NCBI GenBank assembly: GCA_048013815.1
Contig: CM106586.1
Span: 17,980,001 to 18,044,000 of the forward strand
DNA from: Setoptus koraiensis
Lineage: Eukaryota > Animalia > Arthropoda
Length of the DNA stretch: 64,000 nt
Reading direction: 5' to 3'
Shown here: positions 10,517-22,300 of the stretch, piece by piece
Layout: every line of letters starts with the position of its first letter
Position numbering within the stretch: position 1 is the first letter of the stretch
The notes under the pieces: model-generated
Seen by the model: only the letters and a program-made list of their open reading frames with translations
Databases searched by the model: none
What the model was told of the DNA's origin: nothing
Position numbers and translations under genes: made by a program

Positions 10517-12025
10517 ATGAAAAAGAAGGACCCCACGTCGCACAGGATCATTGAAAAGAGGCGTCGTGATCGAATGAACAATTGCTTGGCCGACCTGAGT
10601 AAACTCATACCATCGCACTACATCAAAAAGGTAAGACACCCTCGCACTGATATCCCAAATCTATACAAAATTTTGTAAAATCAATGTGATCAAACTCGAT
10701 CATCAAAGGCCCAATATCTAACCGTTTGCAACGTGTTCCATTTCTATCGCTAGGGACGTGGTCGCATCGAGAAGACGGAAATTATTGAGATGACCATCAA
10801 GCACTTGAAGCATCTCATGGCAACGAATCAACCACAGCAACAGCATCAGCCACAATTACAGATTGATCAGAATTGCAAAAAGAACGACAATATCACAAAT
10901 GGCAGCCACAGTAGCGCCGACAGCATTAGTGACGAAACTAATTCAAGAAGCCAAAATGCAGCCATGAAACAACTTGGTTACTCCATAGACAAATGTTGTG
11001 TCAGATGCAGCTCAAGTGAAAGTGGCTCATCTAGCGGAAGTGAGAGCAGTGGCTTCATAAATAATCCAAGGCACACAGACAGCAACATAAGCTTGATGTC
11101 AACCTTAGATAGACAAGACAAAAATAATACTATTATGGACCACAATAGTAGTGGCCATATTAATAATCATAATCATCATCACAGTAATAATATAAATATT
11201 AATAATCAAAACGCCAACAACATGAGCCTAATGTTGTTGTCAGAAGAAGAGAAAAAAAAATATTTTGAATTTGGTTTTCATCAGTGCCTTCTCAGGTTGT
11301 CCCAGTACATGATCAATGAATTAGACTGGCCATTATTTAATAATAACTATAAGAATTGTAATGATCAAAAACAGATCGCCTTATTTACTGACCACTTAGT
11401 TAGTCAATTGAATAATTACGCGCAAAATCTCAAAGTATTAGCGCACAGGACTACCTCGATGGCAACAGTGAATCTATCATCATTATCATCCTCAGCATCG
11501 TCGGATCACCAATCATCGCCATTTTATGGTTTCAAATCAACAGCAACAACAACAACCACTACTACACCACCTCCAACTCAACAATCACTATTGATGCCGC
11601 CTGGGTCATCTTTACATTCACAACAGCCATCCAGGCCTCAGATACACCCGACTCCGACGCCCCCGACGCCGATTGCAGCACAGCAGCAACAACAACAACT
11701 GCAACAACAACAACATCAGCAGCAGCAACCATCACCACCACCACCACCACCAATACCATCATCATCATCATCATCAACATGTTCATACATGCAACAACAA
11801 CAATCCACAAATCACCAGTTACCACTTGCGCAATCGTTGCACAAACTGGTAATTTTAACACCTAGCCCTGCTACACCAATAACGCCGCCCGCTTCAACGT
11901 CAGCGGCGGCCAATAACCAGACAGATAATCAAAACAATCAGTCAAGATTGGATTTCAAATGCTCTTTTAGGTCGTTCAAAAAAGGTATGACGGATCGCTT
12001 TCAGCGCGGAGCACAGTTTTCCTAA
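10517..12025 (+). CDS. cwo: Clockwork orange-type bHLH-Orange transcription factor; exons 10517-10630 and 10754-12025; 461 aa
   Basis: The spliced b[37 protein letters not shown]|[21 protein letters not shown] closely matches insect Cwo. The 123-nt GTAAGA...CTAG intron spans 10631-10753. There is an Orange-like [16 protein letters not shown] helix and no C-terminal WRPW. The start is uncertain: an in-frame stop lies at 10487-10489, and further upstream exons are possible. Confidence 0.88.
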
Positions 12026-14754
12026 CGGAACAAACTACATGTTGTTTATTCGTTTCTTTTGATACATCAATCGACGATCATATCACAGTAAGAAAAAAAA
12101 TGTACAGAAAAAAAGTGATCATTTTTTCTCAAGGTTGTTTGTTTGATATGAATATTTGTTTTTCGCACCATTCGAATATAATCATAATATGAATATATGT
12201 TATAATAATAATTTTAGACAACTTTGTCACAAGAGCACCCGTATCTTCTTGTCTCTTGCATTCTTCATGGCGTGACATTCTTCGTGGTTGGCCCATTTTC
12301 AAAGACTCTTCCGGCGAGCAGTGCCCATCCCATTCGAGGCGCTGGCCAGCATCTAGTGTGCAGGCCCTTCGCGGCTATCGACAATCGAATAGTCAGACAT
12401 GAAAGCATTCAGTGAGTTTATTCGTTTGTTTGTATACTAACCAAGTCGAGCAAATAGATGATGTGAATGAGATGCGATAGTTGCAACAAACACAACAAGA
12501 CGAGATCATACCCATGAAGTTGCTGTCAGAACATACATTGCGTTAACGATAAACCAGGATACAAAACAATTGATATGCAACATGCTTATGGCTGCCCAAT
12601 TGAATGGAATGACAGCTGATGTCACCGAGGCAAGCGGAGGCCACGTGAATGTGGGCGCAGATTGAGGCTGCTGGGCCCATTGAGATGTAGGCCGCATCAC
12701 TTTCGCCAGACCATCATCTGATGCTAATGGTTTGCTTGTTCGATGATTTCGGCTTTGGGTTCGACAGGTAAAACCGATTATGCCCGGCCCGTAGTTGGAA
12801 CTGTTTACGCTTGAGGCGTCCCACGGGGCACCATCAACACGGAAGTGTCTTGACAAACCGTGCGCTTTTCTACCATTGTAACAATAGATAGTAACTAGAG
12901 AGATTCTCTGACGCTAGGCGCGCTTTTGTACCGTTGTCTGTAGACCAGATTACATAATCGAAAATGCCTCGTCCTTTGCACAAGCGTCACTACAACTAGA
13001 CTGCTAGTTGTTAGCGACATCCGGCGATATTTGAGTGAATTAGACAGAATAAGCAACACGATGCACACAAATAGACAATTTTGTACAAATCAGCTTAAAG
13101 CTTTTGAACTTTTACACACACACACACACGAGCATACATCCGCCACTTTCAACAAAGTATAGTGTGATCTTTTTCTAATGTATATATACCTGGCTTGAGA
13201 AAAATCCGACTGTGCCGATCATATTCAACTGCAAACTTTGGTAAAACTAGATAACTTTATCTATGTTTGCCATGGTACTACATAAGTGTGATACCAACGA
13301 GAATGGGCCTCCTTCAAAACACAAAACGTGTAAGATAGGAGAGAATAGGTGATATTTGTCGAAATAATAATTATCTGCCTCCGACAGTGAAAGCTGGCAA
13401 GCGCCTCTTGCGGAACTCATTCTAACTGGGTGTAGACGCTTTTGGGAGAGTGCACTCATACAGAATTTGTAGCGCAAGAACGACACACATGCACACAATG
13501 AAAACGAGACTAAAGGGGGGAAGGAAACAGAAAGTAACTGAGGAAACGTGACACTCTTCGGGGGACAGTAACTCGCACACATCAACCTATAGCTTGCTAT
13601 ACGCTCACGTTATTTAGAGAGGTCGCGTGAAAATTTGCACTATTCACTATTGAGAGAACGAAAAAAAATGTACACCACACAATGAGAGCTATGATTTTTT
13701 TTACGCAGTTCGTGATTTTTCCTCTAGAAGTCGCTTTGTATAAAAAAAAACGCACGGCTTTTGAAATACACGAACACCCTCTATGCATCGCATTGAACTG
13801 AATCTGAGTGTAACTATCCGCGAGCGCACATAGAACAGCACATGCATCATTTTAGTGTAAATTGTGCATGACTACAACAATCAGTGCACCGTTGGCTAGG
13901 CTTACAAGGTTGTTAGCTGCTGGAGCAGCACCGAGTTCACTTGCATAAAATTCAAAGTTGTGCAGCTCAATCTGTTACGAATGCACTGTGGATGGCAGAA
14001 TGGCCTTTCTAGTGTATGGTGGCCACTTTTAACCGACCACCCAATAAAATGTTTCACGCTGGCCTCTACAGTGCATATACAAAAAATACTGTGCCGCACA
14101 AAATCCGCCTTTCATACATTACTCTGCTGTAACTAGGTTGGTTAACGGCGCAGATTCAGAACTGAATTGTGCTGAATGTGGGCCTGCTAATGCACAACTT
14201 GTAACTGAACTGTCGCTGATCTGAATTTCTGCGCTTATTTCTGCTCCCGATTAATAGTTACACTGAGTTTAGTGACTTCACTACGCATAGAGGGGGCTTG
14301 TGTATGACATCGACTATCTATGTGAAAGAGGAGCGACGTCTGTAGTAGAAAAATCGAACCATGCGTGTTTTTGTAATTCACTTGGAACATTTCAGTGTAA
14401 ATTTTAGTGTACATTTTCACGCGACCACCCTACAAAATCTCTATTATCAACAGTCTCATATTATAGCTGAGATTGTCGATCGCTATACGAAAACTGATAT
14501 AGGAAATAATTGACTGATAAATAATTAATTGGTAGATGTGATTGCCAAAGTCCTCATTTATTCGATTTTCATTACCACTATATATTATCATCATTATTAT
14601 TAATATATTATTATTAAAATATTATCACCATATTATTATAGGTATCACCATCACTATTATCACTATTCCATCAAAAATTTTTACATTATATTACAATTGA
14701 TCACACATATTTTCTCGACTCCATATTTGCAAGATTATTACAAACTTGGTTACA

Positions 14755-17226
14755 ATGAGTAACCAACAACCCAGAACCAAGAACAAACTTAGAATGAGAC
14801 AATTTCCCACCCAGATGAATGAAAAGTTTGCTCAGACCATCTGGACCACTTTAAGGGCTGCTATTCAAGAGATACAAAAGAAAAATAATGGTGGACTTAG
14901 TTTTGAGGAATTATACAGAAATGCTTATACACTCGTATTGCACAAAAAAGGTGATACACTCTATGAGGGAGTGCGAGAGGTCATCAAGGAACATCTCGAG
15001 GATAAAATTAGGGTTGACGTATTAGACGCTCTAAACAATAACTTTCTTCAAGTGCTTAATAAGGCTTGGAATGATCATCAGACCAGTATGGTCATGATAA
15101 GAGACATTCTCATGTACATGGATAGGGTATACGTTCAACAAAATAAAGTTGACAATATTTATAATTTAGGATTGAATCTATTTCGTGATCATGTTATCAA
15201 TTATACCTGCATCAGAGATCATCTCAGGCACACACTACTATCACAAGTTCTTGTTGAAAGAAGAGGAGAGTGTATAGAAGCATTGGCAATCAAAAACGTC
15301 TGTCAAATGCTTGTTCAATTAGGCATAGATAGAAGAGATGTTTATGAGCAAATATTTGAGAAACCTTTCCTAGAACAATCGTCTGAATTTTACAGATGCG
15401 AGAGCCAAAAATTTTTAGCTGAAAATAGCGCCTCAACTTACATTAGAAAGGTAGAACAGCGTATTGAAGAAGAATCTGAACGAGCCAGAAGATATTTAGA
15501 TGAAGCAACCGAAGCTAAGATAGTTCATGTTGTTGAGGAAGAACTTATTACTAAGCATATGACATCTATTGTCGAAATGGAAAACTCGGGCGTTGTTGCA
15601 ATGCTCAGAGATAGGAAAATAGACGACCTCAATTGTTTATATAAACTATCGTGTCGGGTCCCAGATGGTCTTCAACACGTCATCAACTGTGTTAGCACTC
15701 ACCTTAGAGAGCAAGGTAAAGCACTTGTCTCTGAGGAGGAAGGAGGCAAAGGGGATGCGGTCCAGTTCATCCAGGTAAGACATTGAAACTAAACTGTCCA
15801 ACTATCGAATACCCAAGCCCAAATTTTTGTTAACTCATCCCTCTTCCTATTTGTTTAGAAACTATTGGAGCTCAAGGAAAGATTCGACATATTTCTTTTG
15901 AAATCATTTAATGGTGACAAAGAGTTTCGAAAGATGGTAGCCAAAGATTTCGAACATTTTCTAAATCTCAATAATAGGTCACCTGAATATCTATCGTTAT
16001 TTATTGATGATAAGCTCAAAAAAGGGGCGAAGAACATGTCAGAAACAGAGATTGAACAAGTCTTGGAAAACACTATGGTTCTATTTAGATACTTGCAAGA
16101 CAAGGATGTCTTTGAGCGCTATTACAAGCAGCATCTAGCCAAGAGGCTTCTTCTTGGCCGAACAGCCTCAGACGATTATGAAAAGAACATGATCTCCAAA
16201 TTGAAAACCGAGTGTGGCTGCCAATTCACTTCGAAATTAGAGGGCATGTTTAAAGATATAGCTATATCCAAGACAACAATGGACGAATTCCAAACCAAAG
16301 TCGAGCAAACAGGCGCCAACCTTCAAGGTATGGATATAAGTGTTAAGGTCTTGACGACAGGATTTTGGCCCACTCAATCAACACCGTCAAAGAGTATTAT
16401 GCCGCCGATACCTCGCGAAGCATTTGAAGTCTTTAGGGCATTCTATCTTGGAAAACATAGCGGAAGGCAATTGAATCTTCAAGCCCAACTAGGGTGGGCC
16501 GAATTGACCGCCATCTTTTACGGTCAAAAGAGGGAAGAGGGCATACCTGCAACACCTAATGGGTTTCCCAATGATACAACCTCTGGCGTAACATCATCTT
16601 CAAACATAACGAATTCAAACCCTTACGTACAGTTTCCTAAATTACAACAAGAATCACAGCGTACACGAAACAACATCGAGCCAAGAAAGCACATTATTCA
16701 AGTATCTACTCATCAAATGTGTATACTCATGTTATATAATCAAAGAGAATCATACACTTATGACCAGTTGTTGAAGTTAACTGATATACCCGAGAAAGAT
16801 CTTATAAGACAGCTTCAGTCTCTAGCGATGGGCAAGCCAACTCAAAGGATCCTCATTAAACATCCTAAAACTAAAGAAATAGAGCCCTGTCACATATTTA
16901 CAATTAACGATTCTTTCACATCCAAACATATCAAGTTGAAGATACAGGCTGTTGCTTGTCGTGGAGAATCTGAGCCTGAGCGTAAGGAAACCAGAACCAA
17001 AGTGGATGAAGATAGGAAGCACGAGATAGAAGCAGCCATAGTAAGAATAATGAAGGCCAGAAAACAGATGTCCCATCCAAATTTAGTAGCCGAAGTTGTG
17101 GAGCAATTGAAGTCTAGGTTCTTACCTAGCCCCGTGATAATTAAGAAACGTATAGAAGGTCTCATTGAGCGAGAGTATTTAGCTCGAACAGACGAAGACA
17201 GGAAGACTTATACTTACGTTGCGTAA
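14755..17226 (+). CDS. CUL3: Cullin-3; exons 14755-15774 and 15859-17226; 795 aa
   Basis: Motifs: [60 protein letters not shown], and the neddylation domain [13 protein letters not shown]...[13 protein letters not shown]. An 84-nt GTAAGA...TTTAG intron (15775-15858) keeps the frame. Confidence 0.97.
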
Positions 17227-18245
17227 ACTCACTATTACCTTGCCCGTTAATGTAAAATTCTAACTTTTAGCCCAACTTATTCCCAACATTACAAAACAAC
17301 AATTAAACGTAATATTAGTGCACATTTACTCGGATTGATATTCTATTTTGATCTAGCGGAGTTCTCTTCGTGATTTTGTGGTCCATCGATCTCGCAAAAG
17401 TATCCAAGCCGAGGACAGTCGGTTTTCCGCTACAATGGGAGCAGAGTCAATGCACATCCCCCAATTACAGCAGAGCCATTGATGGTTTAATTTTTGTTTT
17501 TTTTTTTTAAAGAGAAGTACCCCAGTGATGGGGTGGAAAAATTTTTAGTTAATGCTCCATTAGTGGCCGAGACACCATGCAATGTTTAGTAAAAGGCGAA
17601 ACATTGGTTGTCAAAACCAAGATGCCTCGACCAGAGCTACAGAAATATGTGTCGGGAAATATTATATACGTTGATGACCCTTTCACTGGTGGCAGTCAGT
17701 GAAGAGCCAATTTTTCTCTTGATTGGTCAAACAAATAAGTTTTTCCATTTTATCATACTACGAATCTCTTTGTGACATATGAAATATTCATAAAATTCAT
17801 AGCAATAAGAACACAAATCTAAAGAAAGGCGATTTTCACTGATTATTTTAATAAAATTAAATAGCACCTGAGCGAGTTCCCGGTCGGCCTCACACCAGCG
17901 CATCTTTATATAAATCGAGGTAGACCTGCGCTTAAACGAGAGAGTGAGCCCACCCTGTTTTATGTTGTTGCCGATATTGTCAATAGTTGGCTGTAATTAT
18001 AAGTCAGAAGTTCAATTATGATTACCTGGGCAACTCACGGATCGGATAGACAAAAATCAACTGTACGAGAGAGCGGAGCAGAGACACAATGTTGGATTGA
18101 ACCAGCAGTAGAAGCGAGCTGACTATAGCTAGACATACAGTCTACTCAGGAGGCAGTTCGAGTTGAGAACAATCTTCTTTCTAGTGACAACAATGTTAGA
18201 ATTGAATGGTCGATTTTAATATCAATTTATATTTATTTAATTTGA

Positions 18246-18835
18246 TCAAGGCTCGTCACCCATGGTAGCTCTGGTGTAGATCAGCTGGGAACCATGCTTC
18301 TCGACGCATTTTATGAGACCTTTCACCAGTAGTTCCTTGAGGATCTTCTTGGCCAGGCTGGCCCTTACTTTCATACGCTCGGATACAACTGAAGGTGTGA
18401 TGAGCTTGTATTTTGGAACCTCAGAGATGGTCTTATCATATGTGGCCTGATCGAACAATACTAGATTGTTGAGCTTGTCCCTGACTTTTCCTTTAGACCA
18501 TTTCTAAATATCGAATAGGATGTGAGATAGAACAAAGAATTTGAGTTAGTAATGATTCAATGCGAATGAAACAGTAGTGCCCTATTTATATAATGAATCC
18601 TTTGAGAACGTATGAGGTGAAAAACGATTGTCGTCACCGTTGCAGGCTTGTGATGGCTATACCCAATAATAGTGACACCTGCACCGTTGAGATTGAAATG
18701 TCGATGATGTCAAAGAGATTCACTGTATTTTCAGGATAGTTTACGAACCTTCTTTTTGGCCTTGCCTCCTCCGGAACCCTCCTTCTTTTTAGCCACTGGC
18801 TTATCTGATTTCTTAGAATCTTTTTTTGGAGGCAT
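18246..18835 (-). CDS. RPS25: 40S ribosomal protein S25; exons 18835-18749 and 18503-18246; 114 aa
   Basis: MPPKKDSKK...GGGKAKKK|[24 protein letters not shown]...[18 protein letters not shown]. The 245-nt GTTCGT...TTTAG intron has a TACTAAC branch point (plus strand 18545-18551). Confidence 0.97.
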
Positions 18836-19312
18836 TATGCCCGATTTATATAGTGAATCCTATGAAAATGTCTAAATTGAATGGCGTCTCAGTTAAATTA
18901 ATAAATGGTTACATGAGCTATAGTCGATAGCGACCAATTCACAGATACAAATGGTGTAGAAAATGGTCCACCATGTTACAATGCCGACAAGAATTGTGTG
19001 TCAGCATGTGCACATAATTTTTACACAGCAAAGAACGTTCATCTCACAGGAAGCACAGGGGAGAACACAGAAAGGCGAGCGAGCGCTCTCTCGCTTTGCG
19101 CATGTATCGATGGAGGCGCGTTTTTCAAAGTGCTGTTTTCTTTTTTTTTTTGTTTGTTTTCAAAAAAAACTTCGCGTGCCGAAGTACCTGTCACCCCTCA
19201 TCTAATCCACAATGATGTATACACTGTAATCTCTTCTAATTAAGATGGTAATAATAGGAACAATTAAGTGTGTGATCTTGTCAGATCTAGTTGTTTACTA
19301 TTTATTCAACAA

Positions 19313-22300
19313 TCAGCCGTGCAGTGCTCGATGTCGGTCTAATGGGAAAAATGGCATCATGGGATGAGGAGGAGGAGGAAGTAGATGTGGGGGATAGGGG
19401 TGCGGTTGAGGCTGAGGCTGTGGATTCAAAATTTGACCAATATAATGCTTGAAGAGCACTTTCGGTGGCTCCAGCAAGGCACTCAACATGTGAGAGTGAG
19501 GCGTAATCTTAAATTGACCATTGAGTATCGAGTAAGTGTTTGGAGCCTTCAAAGGCACAGGTAGCTTGAAAGTTTTACTCTTGCCGGTGGCAGCTTGATT
19601 AACGTTCTTATTGCTATTTTTTGATGATGATGATGACGTTTTTCCAGATTGTGCTGTTTTGGTGTGGCTCGTCGTATCCGCCGAGGACGAATCCTCCGAT
19701 TTGCTGCTGTCTGCCTCTGAATTGTCTGTATCAGATGTGTTGTCGGAATCCGAGTTTGTTTGATGTTGATCTGTTGTCGCTTGCTCGACAGTTTTCCCTT
19801 GTTTGACCTGGCCATTGCTATTTTTTGTTGTTGTTGGTGCTGATGTTGGAGTTGCTGCGAGCTTAGCTTGTTTTTTCTTTCTATTTTTGCTTGCCGGCCT
19901 TCGTAGTTGTTTCGACGACGACGACGACGGCAATGACGGACGCACCGACGTTTGTTGGTTGCGTACTCGTTTACTCTTTGGAGACTCGCCAATATTCAAA
20001 ATTGAGGGAGACATAGAGGCTAGATAATCTTCGTCAATTAGCGAAAGAGGCTGCGGTGGTCGCAGTTTCGGTGAAATATTCAATACCGATGACGTTGTCG
20101 GTATTGATGGCAACTCTCCGTAAAGCTCACTCTTAGATTGATCGTTCGTCGAAGCAGCGGCTTTGAAATCCCAGGCTACTTGTCGATTGCTGTCACCATC
20201 CATTTGATTGTTGACCCCTTGTGGGCCCTCTGAATCCGATTCCTCTAGCGAGGAAATTGGCCGAGTGTCCATGAGCATTGCTGCGGCCCACATTCCATCG
20301 TTGATTGCCTTCTTTCCGCTGTCAGATGCTTGATGTGACGGCATCATCATTGCTGGTTGCAGTTTAGTCTGTAGAGGGGTCATGATATTCATTAATTTCC
20401 ATTGAGATGATTGTGGCTGCATCTTGTCACTAGATAACATAGATGATGAGTATTGTCCAGGAATAGGACCGTTATTTTTCATGTTGTAGATCGGAGTCAT
20501 TTCTGACGGCTGACGGTGATGATTATTATAATACTGTCCCATGGACACAGATTGTTTCTCTTGTTCCACCTGTTGATCTGGAGAATCTTCTTGAATTGTG
20601 TGTTCATACATCATTGGATAAGAGTGCCCGGTTGAGTTTGAGGCTGGCTCATCGGACTCTGTATGATAAGGAATCTCGTGGTAACCATATGAGTTCGTGG
20701 GTATTTTGACACTGCTTGCCTTTGTTGCTGTCCTCTGTCTATATGACATCATGCTATTAACTTTTGTCGCTTCTTTGCCAATTGGTATTTTTGGATAATA
20801 TTCTAAATTGCTTACTGGTCGCCAAGCTGTTGGGCTGTGAGCCGATTTCGTTACCTCTCTGTTGTGGGGCACATATATTGATGGTTCAACTTTATATTGT
20901 TGCTGTTGATTTTTATTTTGTTGCATCAATATTTTAGCTCCCAATTTTTCATGGTACGACATTGGTTGCATGGTTGTCGATTCAGGCCGTGCATGTTTGG
21001 CAGGCACATAATCCACTTGATATTCCTGGGTCACCTTTGGCTCCTCTTCGGCGTAAACCAACGTTGGCTCAAGGTGGCTCGCTGTAGTCAAATACTTGGG
21101 CTTAGCAGTGGTAGCTGTAGTTCTCACGCCGCCAGGTATTACTGGATACTCTGATGAGATGCTGTCGTATTGTTTCGCTGGTGAGCTAGTTGTGGTTGTG
21201 GTGGTGGTTGTTGTTGTTGTTGTTGCCGGAATATAGGGAGCCGTAGTTGATGTGGGGCCCGGTGTTGTTAATGTCGGTGCCGATGTTGTTGTCGTTGTTG
21301 TTATCGGAAGGTCATAAGATGCAGCAACATCCGAGACTTGCTTGGCAGCAGCGAGAGAAGCTATCGAAGAAGTGCCACTAGTGTTATTATTAAGGGATGT
21401 TGTCTTTGACTTGGAATCTGCTAGCAAAGTTGATAGATCATTAATGAATGTTCCGTTGTTTGATCCTTGACCTGACATTATCATCTTTTGATTGACATCT
21501 ATCACATAGATTCTCATCATTTTGTTGTTTTGATTGGTCGACTGGGAGTCGTCCTGTCCTAGTATTGATCCCAAAGAATTCGTTGGTACGAACATTTGCT
21601 GGTGCAACGCGTCGTTAATTATCTTTGTATTGATATCGCCATGACCAGTGGTAATGTTATTGGTTGATGTAATTAAATTAAATTGATTCACGCCCACCTG
21701 CATAGTTCCCGTTTCCACTGGCATCATAGGTAGAATTGGCAGTGAAAAATTGTTTATTGTGGGATTTGTAGTCTGTGTATGTTTCGTAATACTACTTGTC
21801 GTGCTACTCCCCTGGTGTTTGTTGGTTGTAGCCTGATGGCTTGATTGATTCGCAAAAAACAATTGCATCTTACTGAGTTGATCGGGCGACAAAAAAGTAT
21901 GCTGCTGCTGAGGAGACAAAATCATGGCCAATTTACTGAACATTGATTGATCGGCCTCATTAGTTTGATTTATCACTACTGGCCTGGCGGTGGCTGGCGC
22001 AAGTTCTGGTCCACTTGTTGCGGCCTGAGTGCCATGAGTAACTGTGAGGCCTTCGAAAGTTTTAACTAGATCCGACTGCTGTTGTATATTTCCAGTAAAT
22101 GATTGTGGCTGTAGCTGCTGTAATCCCTTCACTCCTTGGACTACTTGCTGCTGATTCGATTGTTGCTGTTGGCTCGATTGTTGCTGTTGGTTAGATTGTT
22201 GCTGTTGGTTAGATTGTTGCTGTTGGTTAGATTGTTGCTGCTGTCTGATGAAGCTCACCAGGGCCTCCATTTGATCATTGACATTCAACGAAGCTTGCTG

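Noticed and set aside
17340-18200. Possible small spliced gene or ncRNA between CUL3 and RPS25
   Set aside because: Only short open frames were found, with no consistent exon chain and no snRNA or tRNA signatures recognised.
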